Source: Vicugna vicugna
Lineage: Eukaryota
Assembly: GCA_013265495.1 (NCBI GenBank)
Contig: MU061538.1
Span: forward strand, 1,242,001 to 1,306,000
DNA: 64,000 nucleotides
Direction: 5' to 3'
Position numbers and translations under genes: made by a program. Positions 23,831-36,313 of this stretch are shown here, one piece after another. Position 1 is the first letter of the stretch. Every line of letters starts with the position of its first letter. Under the pieces are notes generated by a model, which was given only the letters and a program-made list of their open reading frames with translations, searched no databases and had not been told where the DNA came from.

Positions 23831-24329
23831 ATCAAATTCTGTACCAAGTTATGCCGCCTGAGCATATACACCAGTGTGTACTGCCTGCTGGCTCGGGGAG
23901 ATGCGCGACGAGCTTCGGGGTGTGGATTTGGACGCGACCTGGTGAGAGCCCGGCAGCCTGCGGTGTGACCCCAGACAGGCCTGCTTCTTGGCGGCAAGCT
24001 TGTGTTTTAGGTTGGTGGAGTACCTAGTGTGAGTTTGTGACTTCTTTTCTTGTTTTTATAGTTCCCCCCTCATCTTCTTTCAAACTTCTGCATCAGTTTG
24101 AGCCGTAGCTTGCAACTGTGACGTAAGAAAACGTTGAAAACCCGCTGCTTTTGCAGCTGTGTTGGGTGCTGCAGGGCCAGAATGGGGCCCAGCAGTCAGT
24201 GGGCGGGGGCCGGAAGAAGCCGCTCATGTCGCAGCAATGCCGGATGGCACAGAAGTCGTCACCACAAGACATCGGTGTGTTTCTTTCTGTTATGAAAGTC
24301 CAGTACACTGTCAGTGCTGCTTGTGTTGT
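23831..24329 (-). pseudogene. Decayed exon, 499 nt (may extend to ~23320)
   Basis: Acceptor cctctgcag|, donor AT|gtgagt; 165 codons with four stops (...VFNVFLRHSCKLRLKLMQKFERR*GGNYKNKKRSHK...). Confidence 0.45.
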
Positions 24330-24399
24330 CTGCAGAGGTTCCACGTGCCTTTTTTTCCCAGAAGGTGGTCATGATGGGGTGAAGAGAGTGTCGAGTGAG

Positions 24400-24610
24400 C
24401 TCAGGGAGATCTGGATTGAATTTTGGCTCTGAAATGTTCTGGACTTACGACATGGGCCAAGTTACCTAGCTTCCCTGGGACTCAGCTTCTCTGTGGATTT
24501 AGCATGGATAGTACCTGCTTCTCAGACCGTCATGAAGAGTAAGTGAAGTAAGGTACACGCCACTGGGTGTCGTGCAGAGTGTAGCGGTGGTGCATATGAG
24601 TCTTGTATTG
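24400..24610 (+). mobile_element. MIR
   Basis: gggccaagttacctagcttccctgggactcagcttctc core. Confidence 0.6.
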
Positions 24611-24670
24611 TGAAACGTGACAGGGCTCTTGGCTTTGAACCAGTCAAACCAAGAGTTAAGAGTTCAGGAT

Positions 24671-25263
24671 CTCCTGGGCATGTATCTGGAGGAAATTAAA
24701 AGACACATGCGCCCCAGTGTTCACTGCAGCACTATTTACAGTAGCCAAGACATGGAAACAGCTTAAATGTCCATCGGCAGGTGACTGGGTAAAGAAGCTG
24801 TGGTGTATTTCAATGGAATACTACTCAGCCAAGAAAGAATGAAATAATGCCATTTGCAGCAACATGGATGGATCTGGAGATGATCAATCAAAGTGAAGTA
24901 AGTCAGATGGAGAAAGACAAATATCCTATGATATCAGTTATACACAGAATCTAAAAAAATACAAATTTTATTTACAAACCAGAAATAGACTCATGGACAT
25001 AGGAAACAAACTTATGGTTATCGGCGGGGAGGGGGAGGGATAGATTAGGAGTTTGGGCTTAACAGATACACACACACTACTGTATATAAAATAGATAAAC
25101 AGCAAGGACCTGCTGTAGAGCACAGGGAAGTGTATTCAGTTTCTTGTAATGAGCTGTAATGGGAAATAATCTGACTATATACATATGTATAACTGAATTG
25201 CTTTGCTGTACACATGAAACCATCGTCGTAAATCAACTACACTTCAAAAAAAAAGAATTAAAA
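24671..25263 (+). mobile_element. 5'-truncated L1 with target-site duplication
   Basis: L1 ORF2 end/3' UTR with polyA; TSD aagagttcaggat (24658-24670) / aagaattcaggat (25264-25276). Confidence 0.92.
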
Positions 25264-26279
25264 AAGAATTCAGGATAAATGAGTGGAGAAGTTTGAAAGT
25301 TGGCTTGTTGTCAAGAAATGTGGTGTTAATGAAGACTTAAGTTCAGGAGTGAAGAGAGGTAGCAGATACGGTGTAGGCTGGGCTATCTTTATGTATGTTG
25401 TGTTTACATTTGATGAAAAGAACCTTCAAACTGTAAGACGACGTGAGTGAAGGGCATGGGGACTGCCCTAGGTGTGTTCTGTGCTGTCCCCGCATGCACG
25501 CTTGTGCAGCTTAGAACGCACAGTGCAGTTGTGCACGTTTAATAATTCTTGTATTATTTTCATCAATTTAGGAAGCAAGAGCTGTGAATTTGTAGAGAGC
25601 ATTAGAGGTTATCTAGAGTGTGTTGGCTCACTTTAAACACGGCTGAAACGAGGCTGGAGAAGCGAAGACGCTGGCTCAGGTTAATTAGTGGCTGTTTAGC
25701 AGGCGATCAGACTTGGAGCCTGGATTCCCGGCACCCAGGCCACCGTCTTTCCTGGTGACCGTTCCAGGCTGGGCTGCTTGGATGGTCTGGTTCCCAAAAT
25801 TCAGCCATGTCTTCAAACTGGGTGCCACAGACCACACCAGGCTGTGGGTGTCATAACTTCCGTAGGGAAGATGGGATCCCTGGGGCAGGATGACTCTGGA
25901 GACTTGAGTCACAGGTGTGTAGTTCTCTGTTAGATAGTGATTAGATAGTGATTCTCTGGTTTTAACTGATGTTATGTGATCAAAATGTCACATGACCCCA
26001 GTTTCTACCCTCTCTTAGGTAGAAATTTTTTTTAATGGTTCCCGACAGTTTGCAACTTGCATTTGCAGCTCATCCAAGTTCATTTTCACGTAACACTATC
26101 CTGCCTCAGGAGGTGGGGCAGGTCCCTTTTACCTGTGCAGCCTGGTGCCCTGGTCCCTCCCCCCCCCCCCACTGTCGTCCATGCGCTATCCGGATACTGC
26201 TGTCACCTAAGCCCGTGCTGCTGCGCGGCTCTGAACGCACACTTACCTGTGACGTCAGCTAAGACTACGAAAAAGGTGG

Positions 26280-26890
26280 TTTTCCTTTTCCTCATTTCTC
26301 ACTTCTGTGATGCTCTGTGAGTAGGCCCTGTCAGGGGCTCTGACCTGTCGTGTCTGCAGGTGAGAAAGGAAGTCCGGGCAGGGCCGGTGGTCAGTGCTCC
26401 CCGAGGCAGGACGCATCTTTCCCTGCAGGGCGGCCTTTGTGAAGGCGAGAGCTCTGCGTGTCTTCTCAACGTGGTTTCTCTCCCCTCCTCTCTTACCAGA
26501 AACACGGGAGGACTTTTGGTGGCGCTTCACCCGAGAACTGAAGGTGTCCCTGCACACACCGCCCGTGACAGCGTGGGGTCCCCCCAGGACTGCGGTCCTG
26601 GGGTCTCTCCTCTCCAGCTCCTCTGCCTGTAGCCCCAGCGATTTCTCGAAGCCATCCTTGTGCTGTTCCAGTTCTGGCCGAAGTGCTTCTGCTCCAGGTA
26701 AGGGCATCTCGCTGTGGTCTCTGTACTCTGCCGTCTCCAGGTTTCCGTTTCCAGTGGTTGGTCCTCTGACCTCAGTTTTCTGATGATCCAAGACAGGTAA
26801 TTGCTTTTCAGTTTGCTCAACTTTTTTCTCGTTGTAAGGCCGAAAGGCACAGCGTCTAAGCTCTTTGCACGTTGGAATCGGAGCAATTAA
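26280..26890 (-). mobile_element. Old L1 5' region (L1M4/L1MD-like)
   Basis: ttttcagtttgctcaacttttttctcgttgtaagg...aagctctttgcacgttgga resembles the antisense L1M 5' terminus. Confidence 0.65.
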
Positions 26891-27454
26891 AGTGGTGAGG
26901 AATTGTTTTAAAGGTTTTATCTTTGTCTACTTGTCTGTTTTTTCATACATTGAAATAATGTTCTGCTGAACTATCTTATAAACATTTAAAACCAGAAGTT
27001 TGTTTAGGATATTCCAAATATTACCATTTTTTTACTTAATTTATTACTATTTTTTTGCAAAAAGGGGGTTAGTGTTGTTTCTCTGTAGACTACTTCCAAA
27101 CCATTCCAGCCCTGGGAGAGTCACTTAAGAGTGCAGCTTCGCACTGTGGGCTCTGTGCACAAAGGTGTGTGTTGTAACAGTATGTGTGGCATGCCTACTG
27201 CAGTCATGAGCTGGTCACTCGCCATTTCTCTTACACTGAATCTGCTCTGAAAATGATCTTTTGTCTCATCTTTTGTGACATTTTGTCCACCCAGCTGGGC
27301 CTGTCAGCTCCCTGAGGGAGGGGAAGCTGTGTTGTGTTTCTTTAACTCCTGCTCTTCTGCCTTGGAACCTGGCACACCTGTGTTTTTAGTCAACAAGCCC
27401 AGTGGGCTGGGCACTGGTCAGTGATGTAATGAACAAGAGAGAAATGGTCCCCAC

Positions 27455-27978
27455 CGTGGGGCTTGGGTTTCAGTGCAGGAGAGAGACCTCACTGGGACAC
27501 CTGCATGGACCGTTCTTAATGAAGCTGAGATGAGCCCTGAGGAGGCAAACACGATGCAGGTGACAGTTTCAGAAACAAAGCTTCCACCGCCTTGCCAGCA
27601 GGTGTTGTGGCCCATGCGCAGGGTCCCTGATGGACCAGGATCTGACTTCCTGTTAGTGTTTGGGGCTGTGTGGTGGATTCCACCTGCTCTTCAGAAACCG
27701 TCCTCTGTGCAGCGGGACCCGGCCCAGCCTGGGGTGACCGACCGAGGTCACCACGCTGTGGTCTGCGCCTGTCACTGCTGTGACTTATGTTCTACTGCAG
27801 AGACTCCAGACTGAAGTGGGAGGGATCTGGGGAGTCTGCACAATCGAGAGGAAAACCATGACTTGTACTTGGAGGCGTTTCTGATTTTCAGAAATATGCA
27901 TCAGTGCGTGAAAATGAATGTGACCCCTGCACGCTTGGACTTCAGCCTTTTGGTTTCTGACACCAGTGACCAGGCTTG
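27455..27978 (-). pseudogene. Decayed exon
   Basis: Acceptor gcccttttag|CA, phase 1 in (matches the upstream exon); ORFs 27785-27994 and 27418-27615; donor CG|gtgggg. Confidence 0.45.
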
Positions 27979-28269
27979 CTAAAAGGGCATTCATGAAAGT
28001 TGAGGGGCAGTTGAAGCGAGAAGACGGATGGCTTCTTGGTGCAGAGATGGGTTAGGACGTTGAGTGGGTCGGTGTGGCAGAGTCTCTCCAAGCCCGGGGT
28101 CTCGCCGCGCCCCCAGGAGCGCGCTTCCCGCAGCGGCGTGTCTGTGACCGCTCACCCGCAGCGCACTCACTGGGTGGAACCCCCTCCTGGAGACTTGTGC
28201 CCTTCTTCCCGCCCTGTCCCTCCGTGCCCGGCATAGCTCCCGTGCCTCTGGAGGTCTCTCTGTATATTT

Positions 28270-28800
28270 GCTGAATGAGTAAGATAGCGTTTAATATTTA
28301 GTACATACCTACTGTATGTTCAGTGGTAAGAATAATGAAAAATAGATTTCAGGTTCACCGTTCCATTGGTGGAGACAAAAAAATAAAAAAATAGTGTTGT
28401 AACAATACAGGTCTGTCCTTAGTTAAACACCAAGCCTCTGAAGGTGACGGTAATTTCAGCAAGATTTCAGAGAAGAAGGTGTTTAACGTACATCCTCACG
28501 GTCAAACTAAGTTTCAGGAAAGAGGACCTTGGAGCCTTGACTGTGATTGGACGAAATAAAGTGGGTGCACCTGTGTGTCGCTGTAAGTGCTGGAACCTTG
28601 GCCTTAGATGAAGGGGACTTTGGGGGATGTTTCTTTGAGTGGGGGAGTCGTATGATCAAGTAGTCCCTTTAGATCTGTCATTCATGCACGTGTGGGAAGA
28701 CTGGTCGGGGGCCAGTGGGCATGACAGAGCGGGACGGAAGGATGGAGGAGGTTTGTGAAGAAACAGAGCAGGAGGCTCAGATGGATTATTGGGCATGAGT
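28270..28800 (-). mobile_element. L2 fragments
   Basis: atatttagtacatacctactgtatgttc...; purine-rich antisense L2 body. Confidence 0.5.
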
Positions 28801-28968
28801 GAAGGAGGAACAGCAGGGACTCAGGGTGCCTCTGAGGGTGCAGGCAGGTCCCGGCGGCCTGGGGAAACGGGAGGCTGGCCGGGACGGAGATCCGACGCCG
28901 GGGTGCGAACGTGCGGACGTGGCGTGCCAGAGGGGCGAGAGCAGACTCTCAGTGTCCTCCTGCCCCAC

Positions 28969-29172
28969 CGCCCTCCCTCTCCTGTTTTGGACAAACGCCG
29001 GTTTACTCCTTTCTCCTCGTGGTGCTTGACCTGAACTTTCAGCCTAATTTTGATGTGATGCCAGTGCCTCTGGAGGGTGGAAGACGCTCTCGATCGTGAA
29101 TGAAATGTGCACAACTTCCGGAGCCCGGCGTCCGCGGAAGCTTGTATGGGCGGTGTTTGTCAGGCTGGGGAG
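28969..29172 (-). pseudogene. Decayed exon, 204 nt, phase 1-1
   Basis: Acceptor ctttatgttctcag|, donor G|gtgggg; two stops; phases match both neighbours. Confidence 0.5.
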
Positions 29173-29269
29173 CTGAGAACATAAAGTGATTGGGAAAAAG
29201 AGCTGAGGAGTAGAGTGGAGATAATTATGACAGAGTGGGGCCCATGCAGGCCATCAGTCTGAACAAATG

Positions 29270-29356
29270 CATCACTGTTTTAGGGAGGTGCTGGGAGCTG
29301 AGCCAGGCCCCGTGCGTGCCGAGCACCCACTCTACCACGCAGCTATACCCTCCCTC
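29270..29356 (-). mobile_element. Degenerate tRNA-derived SINE (vic-1-like) inside a 207-nt intron
   Basis: ggtgctgggagctgagccaggcccc...ctctaccacgcagctataccctccc. Confidence 0.7.
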
Positions 29357-29379
29357 GCAAACTCGTGATTTTTTCTTAC

Positions 29380-30749
29380 TTGTCCCGATGGGCGTGGGTC
29401 CCAGCAACTGGTCGTAAGTTATTTTTTTGTGAGACTTGTTTTGCTTTGGCTTCGTGGGAGAGCACATCCATGCTGAGTGGTGCGTGTCCGGCTCCTCACT
29501 GGCCCCGAGCCTTCCTGTGTAAGTGGTTTCGGTGAAGAGAGGCTTGTGGCCGCCTGCTTCCTCGTCTCCCGGAGCAGATGAGGAGGGGTCTCTCTCGCAC
29601 CTGAAATTCTGAAAAACTCAGTGATGGCTCGTGATCGGAGCCCTCGGCTCTTCAGCTGTTTTCTGGATGCCTTCCTGATCACAGACTGTTTTAATATTCT
29701 TTTTTTTTAAATCCGAGGTTTTTTGCTTATTTCTGTTTTTCTTCATGTTCCTTTGTTGTTTTTTCCCTACAATGTGGGGTTGTTTTTGTGTGTGTGTGTG
29801 TGTGTGTTTTAAGTTGCCACGAGTTGAACCCTGGCCCTGTTTGGTAACAGACTCCCCAGACAGCAACCAGGCACAGGCTGTCGAACAGCTCCTCTGCGTA
29901 GTGCTCTGCGGCATTGTCTTCCTGTCACACAACACTGAGCAGCCGTGTGAGTCTTCCAGCAGCAACAGCGCTGATCGGTACAGCCACACTGAGCAGTGAC
30001 TTTATGTTCTGATGATTGCTTAATAATAATCGCATTGAACTCACCCGGCAAGTAGGTGTTTATTTGCCTTGCAGCTTTGACATTTCATCAGAGCGATGCG
30101 ATTCACGCGGCAGAGGTGATTATCCTGTGACTGAGGCTGTGACTGTGAACTGTACCTTACTAATTAGTATGGTTTCTGGTGTAATTAAATCACCGAGGCA
30201 GATCCTGTAAGTCCACACACGTGAGGACCGCAGCGCGGAATTGTGGTGACACCGGTTCTCCCCTCAACGCGGCGCGCTCGACCCCCTCCTGGACCGCTGA
30301 GCCCGACTGCTGGCCGCTCGCTGTGTGCTCCGCGGCCTTGGCCTCCGCCCACGCTGGTCTGGAGCTCGTTGAAGATCAGCTGCCCGTCACGCGTTGACCT
30401 CGACCATTGGCCTGAATGACCCAGGAGTGAGTCCGTGAGCCCTCTCGCCGGCCGCGGTGGGACTGTGAACGTGGCCAGTCCCAGCCAGGGAGCCGCAGAA
30501 GTTTCCTGGGGGCTGCGGGGAAGGCTCTTCCTCCCTTGGAGTCGCGGGATAACCTCTCCTCCTTCTGTAGAATCTTGTGGGGGGACGCATGGTGCCGAGA
30601 CCACTGCGGGGACCCAGCTGGTGACCACACCTGAGGTCCAGCCCAGGGGGTCTGCCGCGGGGGGGAAGTCGTTCGGGGCCGTGATGTCGTCACTGAACCA
30701 CTGGATTGGCCCTCAACCCAGGTGACTGGCAGGTTGCGTTTTCTGTTAC
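29380..30749 (-). pseudogene. Large decayed exon (~1.37 kb)
   Basis: Acceptor ccttcacctccag|GT, donor A|gtaaga. Frame 30749-30376 is open. Frame 29989-29380 (~200 codons) has a single TGA at 29618-29620. Confidence 0.55.
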
Positions 30750-30874
30750 CTGGAGGTGAAGGCACATTCAGGGATGTGGATGACGCCAGTCCGCACACAG
30801 CCCTGTCCTCGGGCACCTTCCAATGGGGAGAAACGCACCCACTTGTTTCCTCTGCCTGCTACTCAGTCACTTAC

Positions 30875-32420
30875 AGCCAGTCCCACGTCACTCTGAGCTG
30901 TGAGTGGAAGGAGTCCATGCTGTTGGAACCGTCAGATCTGCAGAGCAGGCGTTTCAAATAAGTTCCAGCAAGTGCCCAGGGTAGGGCAAGTGTTTAGACG
31001 TCTGTGTCAGCGTGTGTGGAACTGGTTACTCATCTCAGTAGCCTTTTTTTTTTCAGAATGACAGTTTGTTTTTTTCTTTTCTTTTTTTTTAATTGAAACA
31101 CAGTCAGTTACAATGTGTCAATTTTGGTGGACAGCATAATGTCTCAGGCATGCATATACATATATTTGTTTTCATATTCTTTTTCATTAAAGGTTATTAC
31201 AAGATATTGAATATAGTTCCCTGTGCTATACAGAAGAAATTTTTTAAAATCTGTTTTTATACACAGTGGCTAACATTTGCAGAGCTCAGACTCCCAAATT
31301 TATCCCTCCCCACCTTTACCCCAGTAGCTGTGAGTGTTTACTATGTCTGTGAGTCTGTTTCTGGTTTTTTTTTTTAACTTTTTAAAAAATTGAGGTATAG
31401 TTAGTTTACAGTGCTGTGTCAATTTCTGGTATGCAGCACAATGCTTCAGTCATACATGAATATATATATTCATTTTCATATTCTTTTTCACTTTAAGCTA
31501 CTATAAGATATCAAAATTAGTTCCCTGTACTCTACAGTATAAATTTGTTCTGTTTTGTAAGTGGGTTCATTAGTGTCCTCTTTTTTTTTTTTTGATTCCA
31601 CATATGAGTGATATCATATGGTATTTTTCTTTCTCTTTCTGGCTTACTTCACTTAGAATGATGATCTCTAGGTCCATCCATGTTGCTGTGAATGGCATTA
31701 TTTCATTCTTTTTTTATGGCTGAGTAGTATTCCATTGTATAAATACACCACAGCTTCTGTATCCAGTCCTCTGTCGGTGGACATTTAGGCTCTTTCTATG
31801 TCTTGGCTATTGTAAATAGTGCTGCTGTGAACATTGGGGTGCAGGTGTCTTTTTGAATTAAGGTTACTTCTGGATATATACCCAGGAGTGGGATTGCTGG
31901 ATCATAGGGTAAGTCTATTTTCAGTTTTTTGAGGAATGTCCATACTGTTTTCCACAACAGCTGCACCAAACTGCATCCCCATCAGCAGTGCAGCAGGGCT
32001 CCCTTTTATCCACACCGTTTCCAGCAGTTATCATTTGTGGACCTTTTAACGTGGAGTAGCCCTTGTTAACGGGCTTTTCTGTTACATTATGCACCAGAAT
32101 TTTCTGATTAAAAAAATTCGCAATGTAACTGGACCAGGAGGTATAAATACCAGAATTCTCCCTGGGAAATTCCTTCCTTGTCTTCAAGAATCTATCACAT
32201 TATCTGTTTAGAAGGTGTTGTCTCCCAGTTTGGTGTGGTGGCCCACTTTATTTTTTTTTTTGAGAAAATTTGGCCTCTTCCGCACTTTTTGCCTATCTTC
32301 ATCCTAAACCTTGGTTCAACTAGTGATTTCATAGGTATCTTGTGTAGGTTTTCTGATCTTTGTAATTGTTGACACTGAAGGAGACTTGGCACCCTCTCCC
32401 AAACCCCGCCATCTCCTTGT
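30875..32420 (-). pseudogene. Decayed exon split by an L1 insertion
   Basis: Acceptor taattacag| (phase 2), donor |gtaagt at 30873-30874; frames QGDGGVWERVPSLLQ...TPSKQIM and KTRKEFPRENSGIY...; L1 flanked by TSD AGTAGCC. Confidence 0.55.
31044..32054 (-). mobile_element. 5'-truncated L1 containing a nested second L1 3' end (~31365-31545)
   Basis: Two polyT-led L1 3' ends; the host L1 resumes after the inner copy; outer TSD AGTAGCC 31037-31043 / 32055-32061. Confidence 0.9.
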
Positions 32421-32642
32421 CTGTAATTACTTACAGTTAGGTTATGTTTCCAAATTTAAGAAAACACTTATGGTGACCCATATAATCTCATGATTATAAT
32501 ATTGCTTCAGAGATTAATTTACAAAACATACAACTGACACTTTTAATCAATAGCCTGCACAGAGCGGAGTTCGGGGATGTAACCTAGTGGCCAAGACCTA
32601 CAATTTATGAACCATTAGTTCCCCATTAACTCATCCGCTCAC

Positions 32643-32780
32643 TCGACCTGTTGATCCATCAGCTTGATGGAGAGGAGAGACCTGAATGATCCTAAAAGAT
32701 ATTTTACAGAACTTTCAAAATTTTCCAGGAAAAGTTGATCCTCAGATGAAAAAGAGAGTGGGCAAAAAGTTCATTAATTT
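32643..32780 (-). pseudogene. Decayed exon, 138 nt, phase 2-2
   Basis: Acceptor gccttag|, donor GA|gtgagc; N**TFCPLSFSSEDQLFLENFESSVKYLLGSFRSLLSIKLMDQQV. Confidence 0.55.
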
Positions 32781-32888
32781 CTAAGGCATGTATTGCCTTT
32801 CACTGCGTGACAGGCGCACAGTCATTTGAACAGCGTCACACTTTAAAAAATTATGTCCCCAGCAACACTGGGGAGGTGACATACCTAC

Positions 32889-33305
32889 CTCTTTTTATTC
32901 TGGAAAAGGGGAATGGGGATCAAAAACGGTTTTTGCGGATCTTTGGAATGCCTGATACCGAGCATAAATTTGAATTGGGCTCCATTTGCTAAGTGCTGCA
33001 TTACCTCATCCTTTGGTTTTAACTGTGGATTTCCTGTAAATCTTCGTGTGGCTAAACATGATAAACTGCCCACCACATCACAGAACGAGGCAGTGCTTAT
33101 TAGCGCTAGAGAAGTTATTGATTGCTTGTCCTGATTAATCTTTTATGGGTCTCCGTGGTCTCAGTTCTGGAGAAAAGACTGTGGATTCCACTGCCGCAGA
33201 CCTCATTCAGAGTTTCTCCTTCAGTGACAAGATTTTTGATGCCCCCAGTGATTAGTCCAATTATGACTTTTCTCCCACAAATTCTTTTGGTCTCTATTTG
33301 TCAAC
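32889..33305 (-). pseudogene. Decayed exon, 417 nt, with frameshift
   Basis: Acceptor ttttaaaatgttctag|GT, donor AG|gtaggt; two long overlapping frames. Confidence 0.6.
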
Positions 33306-33472
33306 CTAGAACATTTTAAAAGTGAATTTATTTTCAGGCTGTGCCAAGAAAATGAGAAGTGTGGCCCAAAAGTGTTTTATATACTTAGAGGGAAAAAAGG
33401 AATTTTAATTTATGTTTTAAAGTAAATGAAGTTTACTTTTCTTGGTTATGTAAATTAAAAATACATAGACAC

Positions 33473-34455
33473 CTGTTTTGGGTGAGCGGGCTGCTTTAAG
33501 CTGAGAAATCAGGAGCTTTTAAACGAACAATCTGTGGTGCTTCGATGCCGACTGTGTCTGCGTGCTTTCTAGACCAGAAACGTGTTGTGGAATCGGATCA
33601 GAGGTGCGGACGTTTTGATACTGTTGCAAGTGGCCTTGGATGGAGCTTGGAGGCTCAGTGCCCCTGGTGCAGGGGAGACGGGGGGTGTGCGGTGTGGAGC
33701 ACCCCCTGGTTTGGGGCAGCGGCAGCTTGGGGACATGGACTTCAGGCCACATCTGCAAAGCCCTTGCTCTAAGATGGGAGTGGGCTGGTGTGTCCACATT
33801 GTTTCCCCACTGTCTTGGGAACGAACGGCTGACCTCACGGGAGGTGGGCAGGGTTTGGACCCCAAGGTATTAGCCATCCAACCCAGGTCCAGGGCTTCGT
33901 TCCTCAGAGCAAGGACGAAGAGGGCAGGAGGGACGCTGGTGGGGAGGAGGCGGTGCCCCGCACTTGAGGGCGCACCCGATCACCACCGCCTGGCGCCCCT
34001 TACAGTCTTGGACTGAAGGTGTGAGAAGTGATGCAGCCTGAGAACAGCAGACCCACACGTAGCAGATACTCAGTGTCAGTGCCGGGTTCCGCTCCTGACT
34101 CTAGTTGCCAATGTCCATGAAGCCACAGATGCTCGGGAAGGGTCGTTGTAGGGGAATCTTTAGGTGGTTGTGTTTGCCAACTGCCAGGTAACGTCATGGA
34201 ACTGAAACCCCTCTGTCTCCATGTTGTCATTGTAAGCAAGCATCAGGGCAAAAATATATGTTCCCCCGACCCAAGGAACCAGGAGGTTAAGCAGAAGGGT
34301 CTCAGGTTGGGAATGCAGGTCACCGGGTATGTTCCCGAGTCAGTGAGGAAGACGTGTGCTGACGCTTTCAGCTCAGCGTGGTTTTGTTGGTCTCCTCGAG
34401 GTACCACGTTCTGCGACTGGGGCGCCATGTTTAAATGAATGTGCTGATTAGTTGA
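33473..34455 (-). pseudogene. Candidate large decayed exon
   Basis: ORFs 34243-34428 and 34000-34239 share a frame; ORF 33519-33797 continues to donor CAG|gtgtct (phase 1, matching the next exon). Confidence 0.45.
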
Positions 34456-34944
34456 CTGTTAACCAGGAAAGATCATTCATTTTTAACTTTTATCTGAAAT
34501 CAGAAAGACCTGGATTTGAAGACCAGTTCCGTCACTCACCAGCTTTTTGAGCTCAGGCAAATTACTTAATCTTGTGTATTTATCATTCTAATCTGTGCTG
34601 CAGAGTCTTCTTGCAGGGATGAAACTGGGTGCAGTGTGCTCTCACACACAGGAGCTGCTCGGAAAGTGGGCGCTGTTATTTACTGACCTGAAAGTTTTAG
34701 TGAATGCTTTGGTATGATGCAATAAAAGTACTTGACTCCTTCAGTAATGACTAATGTTGAATTAGCTAGTATCTGTGTGCCAGGAATTGGGGCAATAGAG
34801 ATGGAAAAGTTCCCACACTCTGGGAACCCATAACCTACAGGAAAATCTCTTCTGGCGTGGTGATTTCCGGACTGATTCCCTGTTTTTGCTTGCTTCTGTT
34901 AATTTTTATGTTTTAAAGTGGCAGTTTCTGTCTATTTTCTTTGT

Positions 34945-35070
34945 ATTTATTTATTTATGAGGATAATTAGGCTGATTTATTCATTTATTTTTAATGGAGG
35001 GACTGGGGATTGAACCCAGGACCTTGTGTATGGTAAGCACCCATTCTACCCTTGCGCTCTACCCTCTCAG
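34945..35070 (-). mobile_element. tRNA-derived SINE (vic-1-like)
   Basis: ctggggattgaacccaggacct...ctaccct with AT-rich tail. Confidence 0.85.
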
Positions 35071-35299
35071 CCAGACTGCTTTGCTCTGTTCAGGACTAAA
35101 AGTGTGGCCTGTGCAGCGGGGCCCTTGCTCTAGCATGGCTGAGTAGAAGATCATGATTTTGAAATGTCTGTTTGCAGTTAAATGTTGTATCTCTTTCTGA
35201 TAATGGCAATGATGTGAGTGAAGGTTGGGGTGTTTGTTGGGATTAATTTTATTTATTTAAAAAAGACTTAGAATAGTTCTTTAAAAATTAAAAAAAATT

Positions 35300-35470
35300 T
35301 AATTTTTTGTGGAGGAGGTAATTAGTTTTATTAATTTCATTTTTAGGTTTTTTGGGAGGGGTTAATTAGGTTTATTTATTTCTTTATTTTCAGAGGAGGT
35401 GCTGGGGATTGAACCCAGGACCTCATGCATGCTGAGCATGCGCTCTACCACTTGAGCTCTACCCTGCCCC
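35300..35470 (-). mobile_element. tRNA-derived SINE (vic-1-like)
   Basis: gctggggattgaacccaggacctcatgcatgctgagcatgcgctctaccacttgagct; B box on the minus strand. Confidence 0.9.
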
Positions 35471-35671
35471 ACATTGGGGTTTAAATATGTGTGGTATTGA
35501 GATATGGGGAAGCGGGGTGGAAGGCCTTCCTAATAGAGGAGGTCACGTGTCCTGAACCGCAGTACGTCCTTCCTTCTGTGAGCACAGACTGCATGCCTGT
35601 TGTGTACCAAGGGACACTCTCCACACCTCCAGTGGCAGACAGTCAGATATATACTTAAGTATATTTCTAGC

Positions 35672-36313
35672 GATAACGTTAGCAAACCAAGCTCGCTCCG
35701 CTCGCCCGCGTGCAGTAAAGCCAGTCTACTGACCCCGGGTGGTGGTGAAGGAAAGTGCAGCGTTTATTGCAGGAGCCAAGCAAGGAGTCCAGGCAGCTGG
35801 TGCTTAAGAGACCCGACCTCCCCGAAGGCTTTCAGGGAAAGGTTTTTAAAGACCAGGTTGGGAGCGGGGGGCTGTGGGTGTGTGATCATCTCTTGGACGT
35901 TCTTCTGATCGGCTGGTGGGGAGGTCACCGGGAGTCAACATCGGCAACCTTCTGGTTCCAACCTGTCTGGGGTCCACGTGCTGGGGGGCAGCATGCAGTT
36001 AACTTCTCCCACCTGGTGGGGGTTTCAGTGTCTGCAAAATAGCTCAAAGGATGCAGCTCAGAATAGGCTCTGTAATATGATCTGAGGAGGAGCTAAAGTT
36101 CCTTGACGTTGTGTTATGGCTAAACTATTATTATTTTGTCTTGCTTGACTGTTTTTCTTTCTTTCTGCATTTTCTCACTTCTCTGATTAAATGTACTCTT
36201 TGGAACTCAGGGAAGCCTAGAAGGCTAAAGTTTTTCTATGGACTAGAGGCAGGTGGTGGACCTGGTTGGGGGCTCTGTCCCAGGAAGGCCCCCCAGGGTC
36301 CTGTTCATTTACA
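35672..36313 (-). mobile_element. Solo ERV1-class LTR
   Basis: ~640 bp, ends ...tttaca (TG start on minus); polyA signal tttattg ~35763; text typical of laurasiatherian ERV1 LTRs; family not assigned. Confidence 0.7.

Noticed and set aside
19989..25953. Short direct duplications (ccttgtaaccagt x2 at ~19989-20016; tagatagtgat x2 at ~25931-25953)
   Set aside because: Two-copy slippage duplications with no spacer structure; not an array or CRISPR-like element.
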